Below are positions 12,440-25,847 of a stretch of 64,000 nt of DNA, piece after piece. Source of the DNA: Okamejei kenojei (lineage: Eukaryota). The stretch lies in NCBI GenBank assembly GCA_035221665.1, contig CM069134.1, positions 69,688,001 through 69,752,000 of the forward strand, read 5' to 3'. The notes beneath the pieces are model-generated. The model saw only the letters and a list, made by a program, of their open reading frames with translations. It ran no database searches and was not told the DNA's origin. Numbering within the stretch: the stretch's first letter is position 1; the number at the start of each line of letters is the position of its first letter. The position numbers and the translations under genes are program-made.

Positions 12440-13703
12440 ATGGACTTATGAAGGTGAAAGAGAAGTCAGCATTGATTTACGATTGGGAAATCATGCTTAA
12501 CTAATCTTCTGGAATTTTTTGAGGATGTAACTAGGAAAATGGACAAGGGAGAGCCAGTAGATGTAGTGTACGTGGACTTTCAGAAAGCATTTGATAAGGT
12601 CATAGGTGATTAGTGGGGAAAATTAGAGCACATGGTATTGGGGGTAGGGTGCTGACATGGATAGAAAATTGATTTGCAGAGAAGAAACAAATTAGGGATT
12701 AACGGGTGCTGGGACCGCAGCTATTTACAATATACATCAATGATTTAGATGAAGGGATTAAAAGTAACACTAGCAAATTTGCAGATGACGCAAAGATGGG
12801 TGGCAGTGTGAACTGTGAAGAGGATGCTATGAGGATGCAGGGTGACTTGGACAGGTTGGGTGAGTGGGCAGATGCATGGCAGATGCAGTTTAATGTGGAT
12901 AAATGTGAGGTTATCTACTTTGGTGGCAAAAACAGGAAGGCAGATTATTATCTAAATGGAGTCAAGTTGGGAAAAGTAGAAGTACAACGGGATCTGGGGG
13001 TCCTTGTTCATCAGTCAATGAAAGTAAGCATGCAGGTACAGCAGGCAGTGAAGAAAGCTAATGGCATGTTGGCCTTCATAAGAAGAGGAGTTGAGTATAG
13101 GAGCAAAGAGGTCCTTCTGCAGTTGTATAGGGCCCTAGTGAGACCACACCTGGAGTGTTGTATGCAGTTTTGGGATCCCAATTTGAGGAAGGACATTCTT
13201 GCTATTGAGGGAATGCAGTGTAGGTTCACCGGGTTATTTTCCGGGATGGCGGAACTGGCATATGTTGATAGAATGGAGCGGCTGGGCTTGTATACTCTGG
13301 AAATTAGAAAGATGAGAGGGAATCTTATTGAAACATATAAGATTATTAAGGGATTGGACAAGCTAGAGGCAAGAAACATGTTCCCGGTGTTGGGAGAGTC
13401 CAGAACCAGGGGACACAGTTTAAGAATAAGTGATAAGCCATTTAGAACGGAGATGAGGAAAAACGTTTTCACACAGAGAGTTGTGAGTCTGTGGAATTCT
13501 CTCCCTCAGAGGGCGGTGGAGGCCTGTTCTCTGGATGCTTTCAAGAGTGAGCTAGAGAGAGCACTGAAAGATAGCAGAGTCAAGGGATATAGGGAGAAGA
13601 TAGGAATGGTCACTGATTGTGGATGATCAGCCATGATCACATTGAAAGGCGGTGCTGGCTCGAAGGGCCGAATGGCCTACTCCTGCACCTATTGTCTATT
13701 GTC
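12440..13703 (+). mobile_element. CR1 LINE, 5'-truncated (RT C-terminal ORF 12706-13626)
   Basis: [36 protein letters not shown]; (ctattgt)n tail. Confidence 0.95.
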
Positions 13704-14117
13704 TTTTGGCAGGACAAAGCCTGATGTTTGATAGGTGGATACAAGTGAGGGAGGTAATATAACACATAATACAATTTATAATACATTTGTCTAATTTTTA
13801 TCCCTCAACTAAAATCACCAATACAGATTTCCTTATTTTGACAAGCCTGTTTTATGGACTTTGTTCTATGTATGTTAACTACTGTATTTTGCTGTATCAC
13901 ATCATCACAGAACAATCTTTGAAACCATTGTGAAGAGGTTAGTGCACTGTAGAACTACATATTTGTTCTTCCTCATTTTGTCTTCTTTGCTGGCTGTTTA
14001 TCACTCAGAGGAAGTTTAGATTTGAATGTGTGACAAGCTATCTTGTGTGACCCACCAGATGAGGATCTCAGTGGGGCACAGCTGGCAGATAAAGGAAGGT
14101 TACTACTCAGAAACACT

Positions 14118-14403
14118 TTTAGTTTAGTGTAATTTTGAGATTCAGCACGGAAATAGGCCCTTCGTCCCACCTAGTCGGCACTGATCAGCAATCCACACAC
14201 ATTAACACTACCCTACACACTCAAGCCAATTAACCTATAAACCTGTACATCTTTGGAGTGTGGGAGGAAACCAAAGATCTCGGAGAAAACCCTCACCGGT
14301 CATGTGGAGAACATACAAATTCCATACAGACAGTACCCGTAGTCAGGATCGAACCTGGGTCTCTGGCGCTGTAAGGCAGTAGCTCTACCACTACGCCACC
14401 GTG
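14118..14403 (-). mobile_element. tRNA-derived SINE (HE1/V-SINE-like)
   Basis: Minus strand has A box TGGCGTAGTGG, B box GGTTCGATCC, a gggttttctccg core and an (actaa)n tail. Confidence 0.85.
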
Positions 14404-14490
14404 TGCTCACTTATCCAAATCCGCTGAAGGTGTATTAGCTATCAGGTTAGGGTTGAACGTTATGATTGCCATCAGTCTTTATTTCATCTA

Positions 14491-15279
14491 TCTATACTAT
14501 TACTAAAACTCGAATCTAGACCCCTTCCGGTCTGCGTTATAATTAAATTTGCGCAAAAACACTTCCCTATATTGCTAAGATTTTTTTGCCACCTTACTCA
14601 CCATTCTCCTCTACTCCAAGACACGAAGTTTTGTTCCGATCGGTGAAATATGTGAAAAGTTACGAAGGTTTAAATAAATCGTGAGATCAGCAGATAGGTC
14701 TTCTCGCCTGTCAGTCACCATAAAGGTAACGCCCTTTCCGGCACCTGCTGGAAAAAAAATCCCCAGAGGCGGGGCTGAGTAAACAAGCCACGCTAATTGC
14801 GACAGCAAGAGTGGAGTTGGGAAAGCCGCTGTGTGGAGTCAGGAAAGCCGCTGTGTGGAGTTGGGATAGCCGATGTGTGGAGTCAGGAGGTGCTGTGTGA
14901 TGCCACAGCCACTGGCCATTGAGAGAAGTCCCTCTCCCTACACACCCCCCTCCCCCCACACTACCTCCCTTCCCCCTTCCCCTTGCCCCTCCCGTCCTCC
15001 CACACATCCCCCACTTAACAACCCCCCCCTTCCCCCTACCCCCCCTTCCCACACCCCCTTTACCCCTCCCCGTTCCCTCCACCGCCTTCCCCCAACCCCC
15101 CCCCACGAACCTACCACGCCCCATCCACACCACACCACCCCCACACCTCCCACTCACCCCACAACACCCGCCCCCCAACACCACACCACCCCTCTCCCCC
15201 ACACCACTCCTCTGCCCCCCACACCACCCCTCCCCCCAAACCACCCCTCCCTCCAACACCAATCCCTTGGTCAGTCGAG
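14491..15279 (+). mobile_element. Non-autonomous Helitron-like element (copy A)
   Basis: A|TCTATAC 5' end; 14545-14740 is similar to 56805-56960 and to the reverse of 60310-60450. Internal 22-bp repeats and a C-rich tract; the 3' hairpin plus CGAG (degenerate CTAG) is uncertain. Confidence 0.55.
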
Positions 15280-15747
15280 ATCATAAAATTATTCCAGTAA
15301 AGTCTATCTGAATTGATTTGCATGAAATCCCTCGTAAGTAGTAAAATTAATTAGGGATTAGCTCCAGTTGTTTTTACACAAGTGTTCCAATGTCAAGGTG
15401 TTTTATCAAACGTGATTTGCATTGCTTTACTGTTGCAAACATTGATGCTGGTTAAGGCTTGTGAGTTGCCCATAGGGGGTAGTGAACATAATCAACCATT
15501 CTTTCAGTCACAATATACACTTCAAATATTCACTCAATTCCTGTAGAGAGGTTTGACAAAGATATTCCCTGAAAACATATTGAATTTCAAATTAAAGATC
15601 CCTGTAATAAAAGAGCTATAATTTACTTGGGCATGACATGTAGCTCTTCTGTCTTGGGGCCTCTGAATATTCATGGCTATTCCTTGTTTGGATACTTTGA
15701 ATTTTTGCACTATGTGCCACATTCTTCAACATGCAATTCAGAGGAAA

Positions 15748-15933
15748 ATTTAGTTTAAAGATACAACGCAGAAACAGGTCCTTCGACCCACCATGTCCGT
15801 GCTGACCAGCGATCCACCCTGCACTATCCTAAACACTAGGGACAATCTACAATCTTTATCTAAGCCAATTAACCAACAAACCTTTATGTCTTTGGAATAT
15901 GGGAGGAAACCAAAGCACCTGGGGAATACCCAC
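15748..15933 (-). mobile_element. 3' half of a SINE split by a Gypsy insertion (5' half at 25848-26062)
   Basis: SINE sequence resumes after the LTR at 25847 (ccac|gcagtcac), with a Penelope piece inserted at about 25858-25950. Confidence 0.8.
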
Positions 15934-16115
15934 TGTAGATTAGTTTCACTCTTATTATTGGTCCACCCACAGGCTTATTAGAGTGCTTTCTCTCTCTCTC
16001 TAGCAGACTAACTGTATGCATGTGGAGTCAAAAGCACCTTGTGTTTCCTCTACAGAGTTTCTAATAAAAGACTGTGGATTGTAATCACTGTGTGTGAGTC
16101 TGATCATTTCCTACA
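15934..16115 (+). repeat. Gypsy 5' LTR
   Basis: TGTAGA...CCTACA, with AATAAA, followed by the PBS. Confidence 0.92.
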
Positions 16116-16133
16116 TGGTGTCAGAAGTGGGAT
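16116..16133 (+). promoter_or_regulatory. Primer binding site, tRNA-Leu
   Basis: TGGTGTCAGAAGTGGGAT is complementary to the 3' end of vertebrate tRNA-Leu (ATCCCACTTCTGACACCA). Confidence 0.85.
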
Positions 16134-17247
16134 AATTCAATTAATTGTTTGGCACTCCTGACGGCACGTTTAGCTAGTTCATTCGGCTGAGGATATACAG
16201 GGCTGCTGTTGATGTGATGAAAACCCCAGCATGCAGCAAGGTCTTTAAAGTGCTGGCTAGCAAATTGACTGCCGTTATCAGATAGTAGTTGACATGGAGC
16301 TCCGTGATCGGAGAAATGGCGTGCCAGCTTCTGAACTACCCCATGAGAAGTGGGGCTACTAATGAAGATCGATGTCAAACCAACCAGAATATGAGTCGAC
16401 AAGAACCAGGTACTGTTTGCCATGCCACTCAAATATGTCAGTGAATTTGTGGACCATGGAAGGACAGGAACCCGGTGTGAGTGAAGTGGTTGTTTTTGTT
16501 GATGTGGTGCCAAACTGTTGATCACTGCACAGGATTCCACTTTCTTCAGAATGTAATCGGTCATACCAGGCCAATAAAACATGTTATTTTCTCGCAGGAC
16601 AGTTGCTTCTGTGCCTGGGTGTCCCGCATAATACTTGCTATGTAGAGAGGAAGGAACTACAGCTTTGTAACCTTTTATGATAATGCCATATTGCTGTACT
16701 AGTTCATCACAGACAGCAAAGAAGGGCCGAACTGGAAGTGGTAGATTGTATTGCTTGTCAGGCCAACCACCCGTAATGACCAAGGAGAACTACCGTATGG
16801 TACCACCAGTGTCAGTGTGAGCTACCAGGTCCTCCAAGCAGGACGAGGGAATAAAGGAAACAGTCATTACCACAAATCCGTCATCTGGTGTGGATGAACC
16901 CTCGCAGGTCTTTCGAGGAGCACGCAAGAGGGTGTCAGCCAGGTGCATGTTCTTGCCACATTTGTAGGTCAGAACAATGTCATACTTCTGAAGCTGTAGC
17001 AACATCCGCTGATCGGGGGTTGGTGGTCAGTTTCAATCATAACCGTTTTCCCAAAGATAAAGTCATTAAACCTCTTGCATGTGAAAATGAATGCTAGCAG
17101 CAACTTTTCAATCTGGGTGTAGCGTTGTTCTGTCATGCTGCGTGAAGCACAGCCAACAGGCCTGTTGCCGTTACCATCATCATGGAGGCAAGCTGCTCCT
17201 AAACTGTACTGTGAGGCATCACAAGTCAGTGTGACTGGTAATTTAGC
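16134..17247 (-). pseudogene. Gypsy RNase H and integrase remnant (inverted)
   Basis: TCDASQYSLGA, LQKYDIVLTYK, HLADTL, YLVLVDSYSGW, LLSDNGSQF. Confidence 0.88.
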
Positions 17248-18711
17248 ATTTTACTTCGGAGTCACGTGAGTGTAGTCGGCCGGTGCAGTCGGCCGGTTGG
17301 AGCAGCAGCGCTCCTCCGAGCGGTAAGTTTAAACCGCGGGTTATTCGAAGAGCTGGAGAATTCGGCGGGTGCAGCAGCATCTAAGGGGCGAAGGAGATGG
17401 GCGACGTTGCGGGTCGAGACCCTTCTTCATACTTCACCCTCGATTCTCCAGCATTTGCAGTTCTTCGTTAAACAAGTTTAAAGAGGTAAGGTTTTTTAAA
17501 AATTTTACCGCATGTTCAATTTCTGCGACGGTTTGGGTAGAGAATGTTGCAGAAAGGGAAGAAGGTGTCGGCGAGGCGCTCCGGGGGTAGAAAGGAAAAG
17601 TGGCAGGAGAGTGTTGAGAATGGAGGCCCGTCTGGTACACCTGGTCCGGTGCTGGCTACACAGCCAGTGGTTGCGGACCCACTGCCAGGGGGCAGTGGAG
17701 GCTTGTCAGTAGGGTGGAAGGCCACTGGCAAGTCTCTGTGGCCCGTAAATGAGTCAGCCCTAGGAGGTTATACCCTCCATAGGAGAGTCCGTTTGCTCAC
17801 GGCTCTCCCACGTCGAGATTCTATTTCAAAAGAATGCTCGACAGGGACCAGCTCCGTGGGGAGGAATGGTGCCCAAGTCACGCTGATGGAGAGCTTGTGC
17901 TAACAGCACCTGTTTCAGGGCTGCAGAACTATCCTGCCTGTGAGGAGGATGTTCCAGCTCCGTGAGGAGGAGTGGGTGCCCAAGCCAGGCTGATGGAGAG
18001 CATGTGCTAGCAGCACGTGTTTCAGGGCTGCAGAACTATCCTGCCTGTGAGGAGGATGTTCTATCAGGGCAGTTTGCTGACACTGTTTCTATGCTGGGGG
18101 AGAGCAGTAAAGGTGTTCGGTTGGAGGTAATTCCGAACATTGCTGGGAAGTTTGCTGAGTGTAGAGGCAGGAAAGGCGATTGATGTAGAATTGGCCGAAG
18201 CCATTCAGTATATGCTCTCCCATCAGTTACAGGAGCTAGCTATGGATGAAGTAGCAAAGAACTATAAAGCTCCTGTTAATTGTGATCTCCTGAAGGTACC
18301 GGTGGTTAATCACCAAATTTGCATAGATGGGTTTGCCTGCTAGGGCCCAGGAGATGAAGTTTTAAAAAAGTGCTTAAACTGTTGTCAGCAGGTATTACAG
18401 CTGTGGTGAAAGTTATTGATACAAATTATATGGTTGAAGCACACCAGGATGAACTGGGACTCCTTTGTAATGCATTTTGTAAATTAATAATATCGGGAGG
18501 GCCGCTATTAGGCCAGTGCTAACCCGAATTTGGCGAGTTGTGCAAACCGACCAGTGTACCACCATGAAATCTGTTGTTTGGTGGTAACCTTGCAAAAAGG
18601 GTCAAAGACTATTATGAGGTTGTTATAACCATGGCCCTCATTAAGCCAGCTGGAAGCAAGGCAAAAAAGGTTCTCTACAAGAAGTCGAGGACAACAAGGC
18701 CGCAAGGAAAG

Positions 18712-20563
18712 ATGCTGGTAAGGAATATAACATTGACAGACGATGAATTAACTGATGTTCCTGTTCAAATTGGGGAAGGTTAAAATTGTTCTCAAACAAT
18801 GGCAGCAGTTGACATCAGATTTGTTCATACTTAGTGTATTGAAGGGGTGAAAAATTGGATTTTACTATAAGGACAGTCTACCTAATCAACATTTTCCTAG
18901 TCATAAATGTGCTTATTCAAGCAGAGATTCAGTCATTACATAAGAAGGGGTAATTGAGCCTTCTGTCTATCAAAGTCAACAATTTCTGTCAAGTATATTT
19001 CCCAGATCTAAAAAGACTGGGGGATGTAGAATTATTCTGGATTTATCGAACAAATTTGTTTGTTATAGGCATTTCAAAATGGAGACCTTTACCACGGGGA
19101 ACCATTGATTTAAAGAATGCGTATTACGCAGTGTCTATTCATGGTGATGATAGAAGATATTTGAAATTTATTTGGATGACTGAGCTGTGGCAATTCAGGA
19201 CATTGCCGAATGGATTAACTTCAGCTCCTAGGTTATTTACTAAATTGGGAAAACCTGTGTTAGCATTACTTAGAGCTCAGGGGCATGTGGTAATGGCCTA
19301 TTTAGATGATATTCTGATTCTTGGAAAGACTCATGCTGAAACTCAATCATCAGTTTCAGTTGTTAAAATCACTTTTGAACAAATGGGATTTGTTATTCAC
19401 CCAGATAAATCTAAATTATCACCAGTCCAAATTATTGATTATCTGGGATTTACCATTAATTCCAATCACATGTTGGTAACTTTGCCCAGGGATAAATTGA
19501 ATCAGTTAATTGAGGACTGTGTTAATCTCGTTGGAGAACAACGGCCTTCGATTAGACAAGTAGCCAGTTTTATTGGGAAGTTGTTGCAGCCTTTCCAGCT
19601 GTGCAGTATGGTCCTTTGCATTATCAACAATTACAACCATCAAAGGAACAGGCACTGAGAATACAAGGGGCCAATTTTGATAGGCCTATGCAGTTGTCAG
19701 CTGGGGCGTACAATGGTGCTGACATACAATGGTGGATAGTACATGTTTCAAAAAATTTAAGGAAGGTTTGGTGGAATCACCGTCACTGATATTACAGACT
19801 GATGTAAGTGCACTGGGTTGGGGTGCAACAGATATGTCTTCTAGTTGTGGATGCAGATGGAATGTGGATGAGACATCGCTTCCTCAATTACGAGGGATTA
19901 ATTATTTAGAGTTGTTGGGCACCTGGTATGGGCTCAAAGCTTATTGTTCTACAAGGAGGGATCTGCATGTGCAGGTCAGATTGACAACACCACAGCAGTG
20001 GCATATGTAAACCACATGGGTGGAGTTAAGTCACAGTCTTGTGATAGACTGGCTAACCAGATTTGGAGCTGGTGTATTGACCAAAATATCTGGCTTTCAG
20101 CACTTTATTTGCCAGGAAGAGGTCACGTCAGTTTAATGACAACATTGAATGGATGTTAAATCAGGATGTATTTAACCAAATGATTGATCAGTATGCATTG
20201 CCAGATATTGACTTGTTTGCATCTCGATTAAATCATCAGTTACCTAGATATGTTTCATGGTAACCAGATCTTGGGGCAGTAGCAGTGGATGCATTTTCGC
20301 TGCATTGGGGGAGGAATGTTTGTGTATGTATTTCCTTCATTCTGTCTCATCAGCAGATGTTTGCAAAAGATAAAGGAGGACTCCGCTTCAGGGGTATTGG
20401 TAGTGCCAGATTGGCCTACACGAGCATGGTTTCCCGTTGTATTACAAATGGCTAGGGAGCCTTACATGCTTATGCCCAAGAATAAAAATCTACTGGTAAA
20501 TCCAGTCACTGGGGATCAACATCCTTTATAGGATCGTATTGATCTGTTAATTTGCAGATTTTA
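18712..20563 (+). pseudogene. DIRS pol (RT, RNase H, Dam-like methyltransferase), frameshifted
   Basis: IDLKNAYY, LPNGLTSAPRLFTK, YLDD, TDVSALGWGA, INYLEL, DNTTAVAYVNHMGG, DIDLFAS, YVFPSF. Confidence 0.92.
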
Positions 20564-21400
20564 AGGAGGCCATACCTGGGGAGAGGACTGTCTCATCAGA
20601 CGGTGGATGTTCTCACGTCGGCCTGCAGGGTTAGTACACAGCAGCAATATATCACCTATATAAAGAAGTGGGAGCAATTCTGCCTACAGCAGGATATTGT
20701 ATATCACACTGCAGGGATCACGGATGTATTGGAGTTTGTCAACTCTTTATTTTGACCAAAAAATTAAGTTACAGTGCGATTAATTCAGCCAGAAGTGCTC
20801 TGTCTTCTTATTTACCTATGAATGCAGAATTGCATACAGTAGGGACACATCCGTTAGTTCACGATTCATGAAGGGAATTTTCAATTCTAATCCTCCTAAA
20901 CCCAGGTATGCCGGTATTTGAAATGTGAGTGAGGTTCTTATGCTTCTTCGCCAGTGGGCTCCGGTTACAAGCCTATCTATAGCCAAATTAACTATGAAGG
21001 TGGTCATGCTTATGGTGTTGGTTTCAGCCCAACGTGTACAAACATTGCAAAAGCTACGGCTAGATAGAATGCATGTGTCGGCTGATGCCATTATATTTTA
21101 TGTCTATGATTTGCTTAAACATAATAAAAGAGGCATGACAGGATGGAAGATTGTGTTTTCAGCATACCCCGCAGATGATCGCTTCTGTATAGTCTCACAT
21201 TTATCTCGTTACATTGAGATTACTAAACCTCTGAGAGGAACAGAGTTGGCTTTGTTTATTAGTCACATAAAACCACACAGTAAGGTGTCGGTGCAAACGA
21301 TTTCAAGGTCCTCGCGGCCGCAGGATGGTCCAGTGAGCTAACTTTTCAGAGGTTTTATCACAAGCCGATTTCAAGGCTCGGGGTGTTTGCTGATTCTGGT
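20558..21400 (+). pseudogene. DIRS tyrosine recombinase, frameshifted with internal deletion
   Basis: STQQQY..YIKKW, YSAINSARSAL, LMVLVSAQRVQTL, LFISHIKPH..VSVQTISR. Confidence 0.9.
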
Positions 21401-22143
21401 GTCAGTACTGTTACATTTTTTCCCCTGAATTAGAGGGGTTTGTTATGATTTGTTTGTAAATAAACTGTTATTTCATTTAACAAATGTATTACTGATGCAT
21501 GATTGATTGTTAACGACTTTTGTGTCAATCCAGGCAGTGTGAACGTCGGATTTGAGTCTGCGGCGTGAATTCACAGTGCTTTGAAGTCTTCACGTAGTCA
21601 CTCACGTGACTCCGAGGTAAAATAGTAAGATTAAACGAGAACTTACCAGTTTGAAGTTTTATCTTTATTTTATGAGGAGTCGAGTTGAGGGACTACGTGC
21701 CCTCCGCTCCCACCCTCATAGATCTCATCTGGTAGTTCTAGTTTTATCATCTTACCGTTATACTTCGGTCATTGTTAGCTGTGAATTCATTCCGCTGCTT
21801 TGAAGATTGACGCACCAACGGCTGTACGGGCTTCTATTCACGTAGTCCCTCAACTCGACTCCTCATAAAATAAAGATCAAACTTCAAACTGGTAAGTTCT
21901 CATTTAATCTTACTATTAAAGTAGGCGACAGTGGGGACACATGACATCTGTCGTTTAAGAGTGTCAAACATCCTCTGCTGTTGCTCATGCCAGGCTCAAA
22001 CAGTGTCTTTGTGGGTTAGCTGACACAGTTTGGCTGATAGTTCACAACCAAGTTTGGAATAAATTTCCCCGAGTAATTTACCATGCCGAGGAATCTCTGC
22101 AGGTTGAGCACATCTGTGGGTGTTGGTAACTCGTTAATGGCAA

Positions 22144-25100
22144 TAGAAACATAGAAACATAGAAAATAGGTGCAGGAGTAGGCCATTCGGCCCTTGAAGC
22201 CTGCACCGCCATTCAATATGATCATTGCTGATCATCCAACTCAGTATCCTGTACCTGCCTTCTCTCCATACCCCCTGATCCCTTTAGCCACAAGGGCCAC
22301 ATCCAACTCTTAAATATCTTAGGTCCACATCTAACCTCTTAAATATAGCTAATGAACTGGCCTCAAATACCTTCTGACAGAGAATTCCAGAGACTCACCA
22401 CTCTCTGTGTGAGAAATGTTTTCCTCATCTCGGTCCTAAAGGAATTCCCCATTATCCTTAGACTATGACCCCTTGTTCAGGACCTCCCCAACATCGTGAA
22501 CAATCTTTCTGCATCTATCCTGTCCAATCCCTTAAGAATTTTGTAAGTTTCTATAAGATCCCTCCTCGATCTTCTAAATTCTAGCGCGTACAAGCCGAGT
22601 CTATCCAGTCTTTCCTCATATGAAAGTCCTGACATCCCAGGAATCAGTCTGGTGAACCTTCTCTGTACCCCCTCTATGGCAAGAATGTCTTTCCTCAGAT
22701 TTGGAGACCAAAACTGTAAGCAATACTCCAGGTGTGGTCTCACCAAAACCCTGTACAACTGCAGTAGAACCTCCCTGCTCCTATACTCAAATCCTTTCGC
22801 TATGAATGCTAACTTACCATTTGCTTTCTTCACTGCCTGCTGCACCTGCATGCCTACTTTCAATGATTAGTGTACCATGACACCCAGGTCTCATTGCATC
22901 TCCCCTTTTCCTAATCTGCCACCATTCAGATAATAGTCTACTTTCCTGTTTTTGCCACCAAAGTGGATAACCTCACATTTATCCACATTATACTGCATCT
23001 GCCATGCATTTTCCCACTCACCCAGCCTATCCAAGTCACCTTGCAGCCTCCTAGCATCCTCCTCACACTACCCCCCAGCTTAGTGTCATCTGCAAACTTG
23101 GAGATGTTGCATTCAATTCCCTCGTCCAAATCATTAATATATATTGTAAATAGCTGGGGTCCCAGCACTGAGCCTTGCGGTACCCCACTAGTCACTGCCT
23201 GCCATTCTGAAAAGGACCCGTTTACTCCTACCCTTTGCTTCCTGTCTGACAGCCAGTTCTCTATCCTCATCAATACTGAACCTCCAATACCAAGTGCTTT
23301 AAGTTTGTACACAAATCTCTTTTGTTGGACCTTGTCGAAAGCCTTCTGAAAGTCTAGATATAACACATCCACTGGTTCTCCCTTATCCACTCTACTAGTT
23401 ACATCCTCGAAAAATTCAATAAGATTCGTCAGACATGATTTAACTTTCGTAAATCCATGCTGACTTTGTCCAATGATTTCACCACTTTCCAAATGCGCTG
23501 CTATTCCATACTCTAGCATTTTCCCCACTACCGATGTTAGACTAACTGTTCTGTAATTCCCCATTTTCTCTCTCCCTCCTTTTTTAAAAAGTGGGGTTAC
23601 ATTAGCTACCCTCCAATCCTCAGGAACTACTCCAGAATCTAAGGAGTTTTGAAAAATTATCTCTAATGCATCCACTATTTCTGTGGCTACTTCCTTGAGT
23701 ACTCTGGGATGCAAACTATCTGGTCCTGGGGATTTATCGGCCTTTAATCTGTTCAATTTACCCAATACCACTTCCTGGCTAACTTGGATTTCACTCAGTT
23801 CCTCCATCTTATTTGACCCCCGGTCCCCTGCTATTTCCGGCAGATTATTTATGTCTTCCTTAGTGAAGATAGAACCAAAGTAGTTATTCAATTTGTCTGC
23901 CATGTCCTTGTTCCCCATGATCAATTCACCTGTTTCTGACTGCAAGGGACCTACATTTGTTTTAACTAATATCTTTCTCTTCACATATCTATAAAAACAT
24001 TTGCAGTCAGTTTTTATGTTCTCTGCCAATTTTCTTTCATAATCTATTTTCCCTTTCCTAATTAAGCCCTTTGTCCTCCTCTGCTGGACTCTGAATTTCT
24101 CCCAGTCCTCTGGTAGGTTGCTAATTTGTATGCTTCATCTTTTGTTTTTATTCTATCCCTGATTTCCCTTGTTATGCATGGATGCACTACCTTCCCTGCT
24201 GATTCTTTTGCCAAACTGGGATGAACAATTGTTGTAATTCATCCATGCTGTCTTTAAATACCTTCCATTGCACATCCACTGTCAACCCTTTAAGAATCAC
24301 TTGCCAGTCTATCTTGGCCAATTCATGTCTCATACCTTCAAAGTTACCTTTGTTTAAGTTCAGAACCTTGTTTCTGACTTAATTATGTCATTCTCCATCC
24401 TAATGAAGAACTCAACCATATTATGGTCACTCTTGCCCAAGGGGACACGCACAACAAGACTGCTAACTAACCCTGCCTCATTACTCAATACGCAGTCTAG
24501 AATAGCCTGCTCTCTAGTTTTGTTCCTCCACATGTTGATTTAGAAAACTATCCCACATACATTCCAAGAAATCCTCTTCCTCAGCACCCCTGCGCATTTG
24601 ATTCACCCAATCTATATGTAGATTGAAGTCACCCATTATAACTGTTCTACCCTTGTTGCTCGCATTTCTAGTTTCCTGTTTGATGCCATCCCCAACTCCA
24701 CTACTACTGTTAGGTGGCCTGTACACAACTCCCACTAGCGTTTTCTGCCCCTTAGAGTTTCGCAGCTCTACCCATATCGATTCCACATCCTCCAAGCTAA
24801 TGTCCTTCCTTTCTATTGCATTAATCTCCTCACTCACCAGCAACGCTACCCCACCTCCTTTTCCTTTCTGTCTATCCCTCCTGAATATTGAATATCCCTG
24901 GATGTTCAGCTCCCAGCCTTGGTCCCCCTGGAGCCATGTCTCCGTGATCCCGACTATAGCATAGTCATTAATAGCTATCTGCACATTCAACTCGTCCACC
25001 TTATTACGAATGCTCCTCGCATTGAGACACAAAGCCTTCAGGCTTGTTTTTACAACACTCTTACTCCTTATACAATTATGTTGACAAGTGGCCCCTTTTG

Positions 25101-25372
25101 ATTTTTGCCCTGGATTTGTCTGCCTGCCACTATTAATTTTCACCTTGCTACCGATTGCTTCTGCCCTCATTTTATACCTCTCTTTCTCTCTTCTCACACA
25201 TTTAAGAAACCCACCACCTCTTATTCTATGTTTATTATTTTTTCTTCAATCCACCCTACATGTTAGGTCTGAGTGCTTCCCTTCTCTGCCTCTTGCCTCA
25301 GACCCTGTCTACTAGCTTTCTCTATTTGAGTCCCTCCCCCCAACCATTCTAGTTGAAAGTCCCCCCAGTAGC
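22144..25372 (-). mobile_element. CR1 LINE with near-complete ORF2 (APE endonuclease and RT), disrupted
   Basis: CLNARSIRNK, GITETW, YRPP, GDFN; [30 protein letters not shown]; (ctatgttt)n tail. Confidence 0.95.
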
Positions 25373-25672
25373 CGAGTTACTGTACTCGGCCCCCCAGTAG
25401 CCGAGTAGCACAATCAACCAGTTGCACCTATTTCATCACCGAATGTGTCCCCAGTGTGCCCCCGGTGATGGGAGGAGATGCAGGACTGTGCCCTATGCAT
25501 GCTGGTATTGTTTGTAAGCCCACCATAAGGTACCCGGGTATGTTTGAACTTCCTCCAATTTATTGCCACAAACTATGTGTGCTTTATATAATGAGCAGTA
25601 TACATTTGCATTTAATTCTTTGTAGTACTTACTGGTTTTGCACATTTGCATTTAATTCTTTAAGAGGGAGGA

Positions 25673-25847
25673 TGTAGATTAGTGTACTCATACTATTGGT
25701 CTGCCCACAGGCTTATTAGAGTATTTTTTCTCTCTCTCTCTCCAGCAGACTAGCTGTATGGATGTGGAGGCGAAAGCACCTTGTGTTTACTCTACATAAA
25801 AGACTATGGATTTTAATCACTATGTGCGAGTCTGATCATTTCCTATA
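25673..25847 (+). repeat. Gypsy 3' LTR
   Basis: Matches 15934-16115 and is preceded by the PPT. Confidence 0.92.

Larger units (their letters stand above)
17248..21917 (+). mobile_element. DIRS1-like tyrosine-recombinase retrotransposon (copy 1)
   Basis: Terminus ATTttacttcggagtcacgtgagtg; ICR at about 21590-21700 is complementary to both ends. Order is gag-RT-RNaseH-MT-YR; ATT is present at both junctions. Confidence 0.95.
15934..25847 (+). mobile_element. Gypsy LTR retrotransposon with inverted, partly deleted internal region and nested DIRS and CR1
   Basis: Direct LTRs 15934-16115 and 25673-25847; TSD CCAC; PBS and PPT (aagagggagga) on the plus strand. RT-connection, RNase H and integrase remnants are on the minus strand (21918-22143, 16134-17247). 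Confidence 0.9.

Noticed and set aside
13011-13472. Antisense ORFs over CR1 ORF2
   Set aside because: Shadow frames of LINE coding sequence.
14711-15323. Pro/Gly-rich ORFs (also 59443-60006)
   Set aside because: Low-complexity C/G tracts are open in several frames and show no coding signature.
21616-21917. Long inverted repeat resembling a MITE or terminator (also 34237-34535, 50751-51050)
   Set aside because: Explained by the DIRS ICR pairing with the right terminus.
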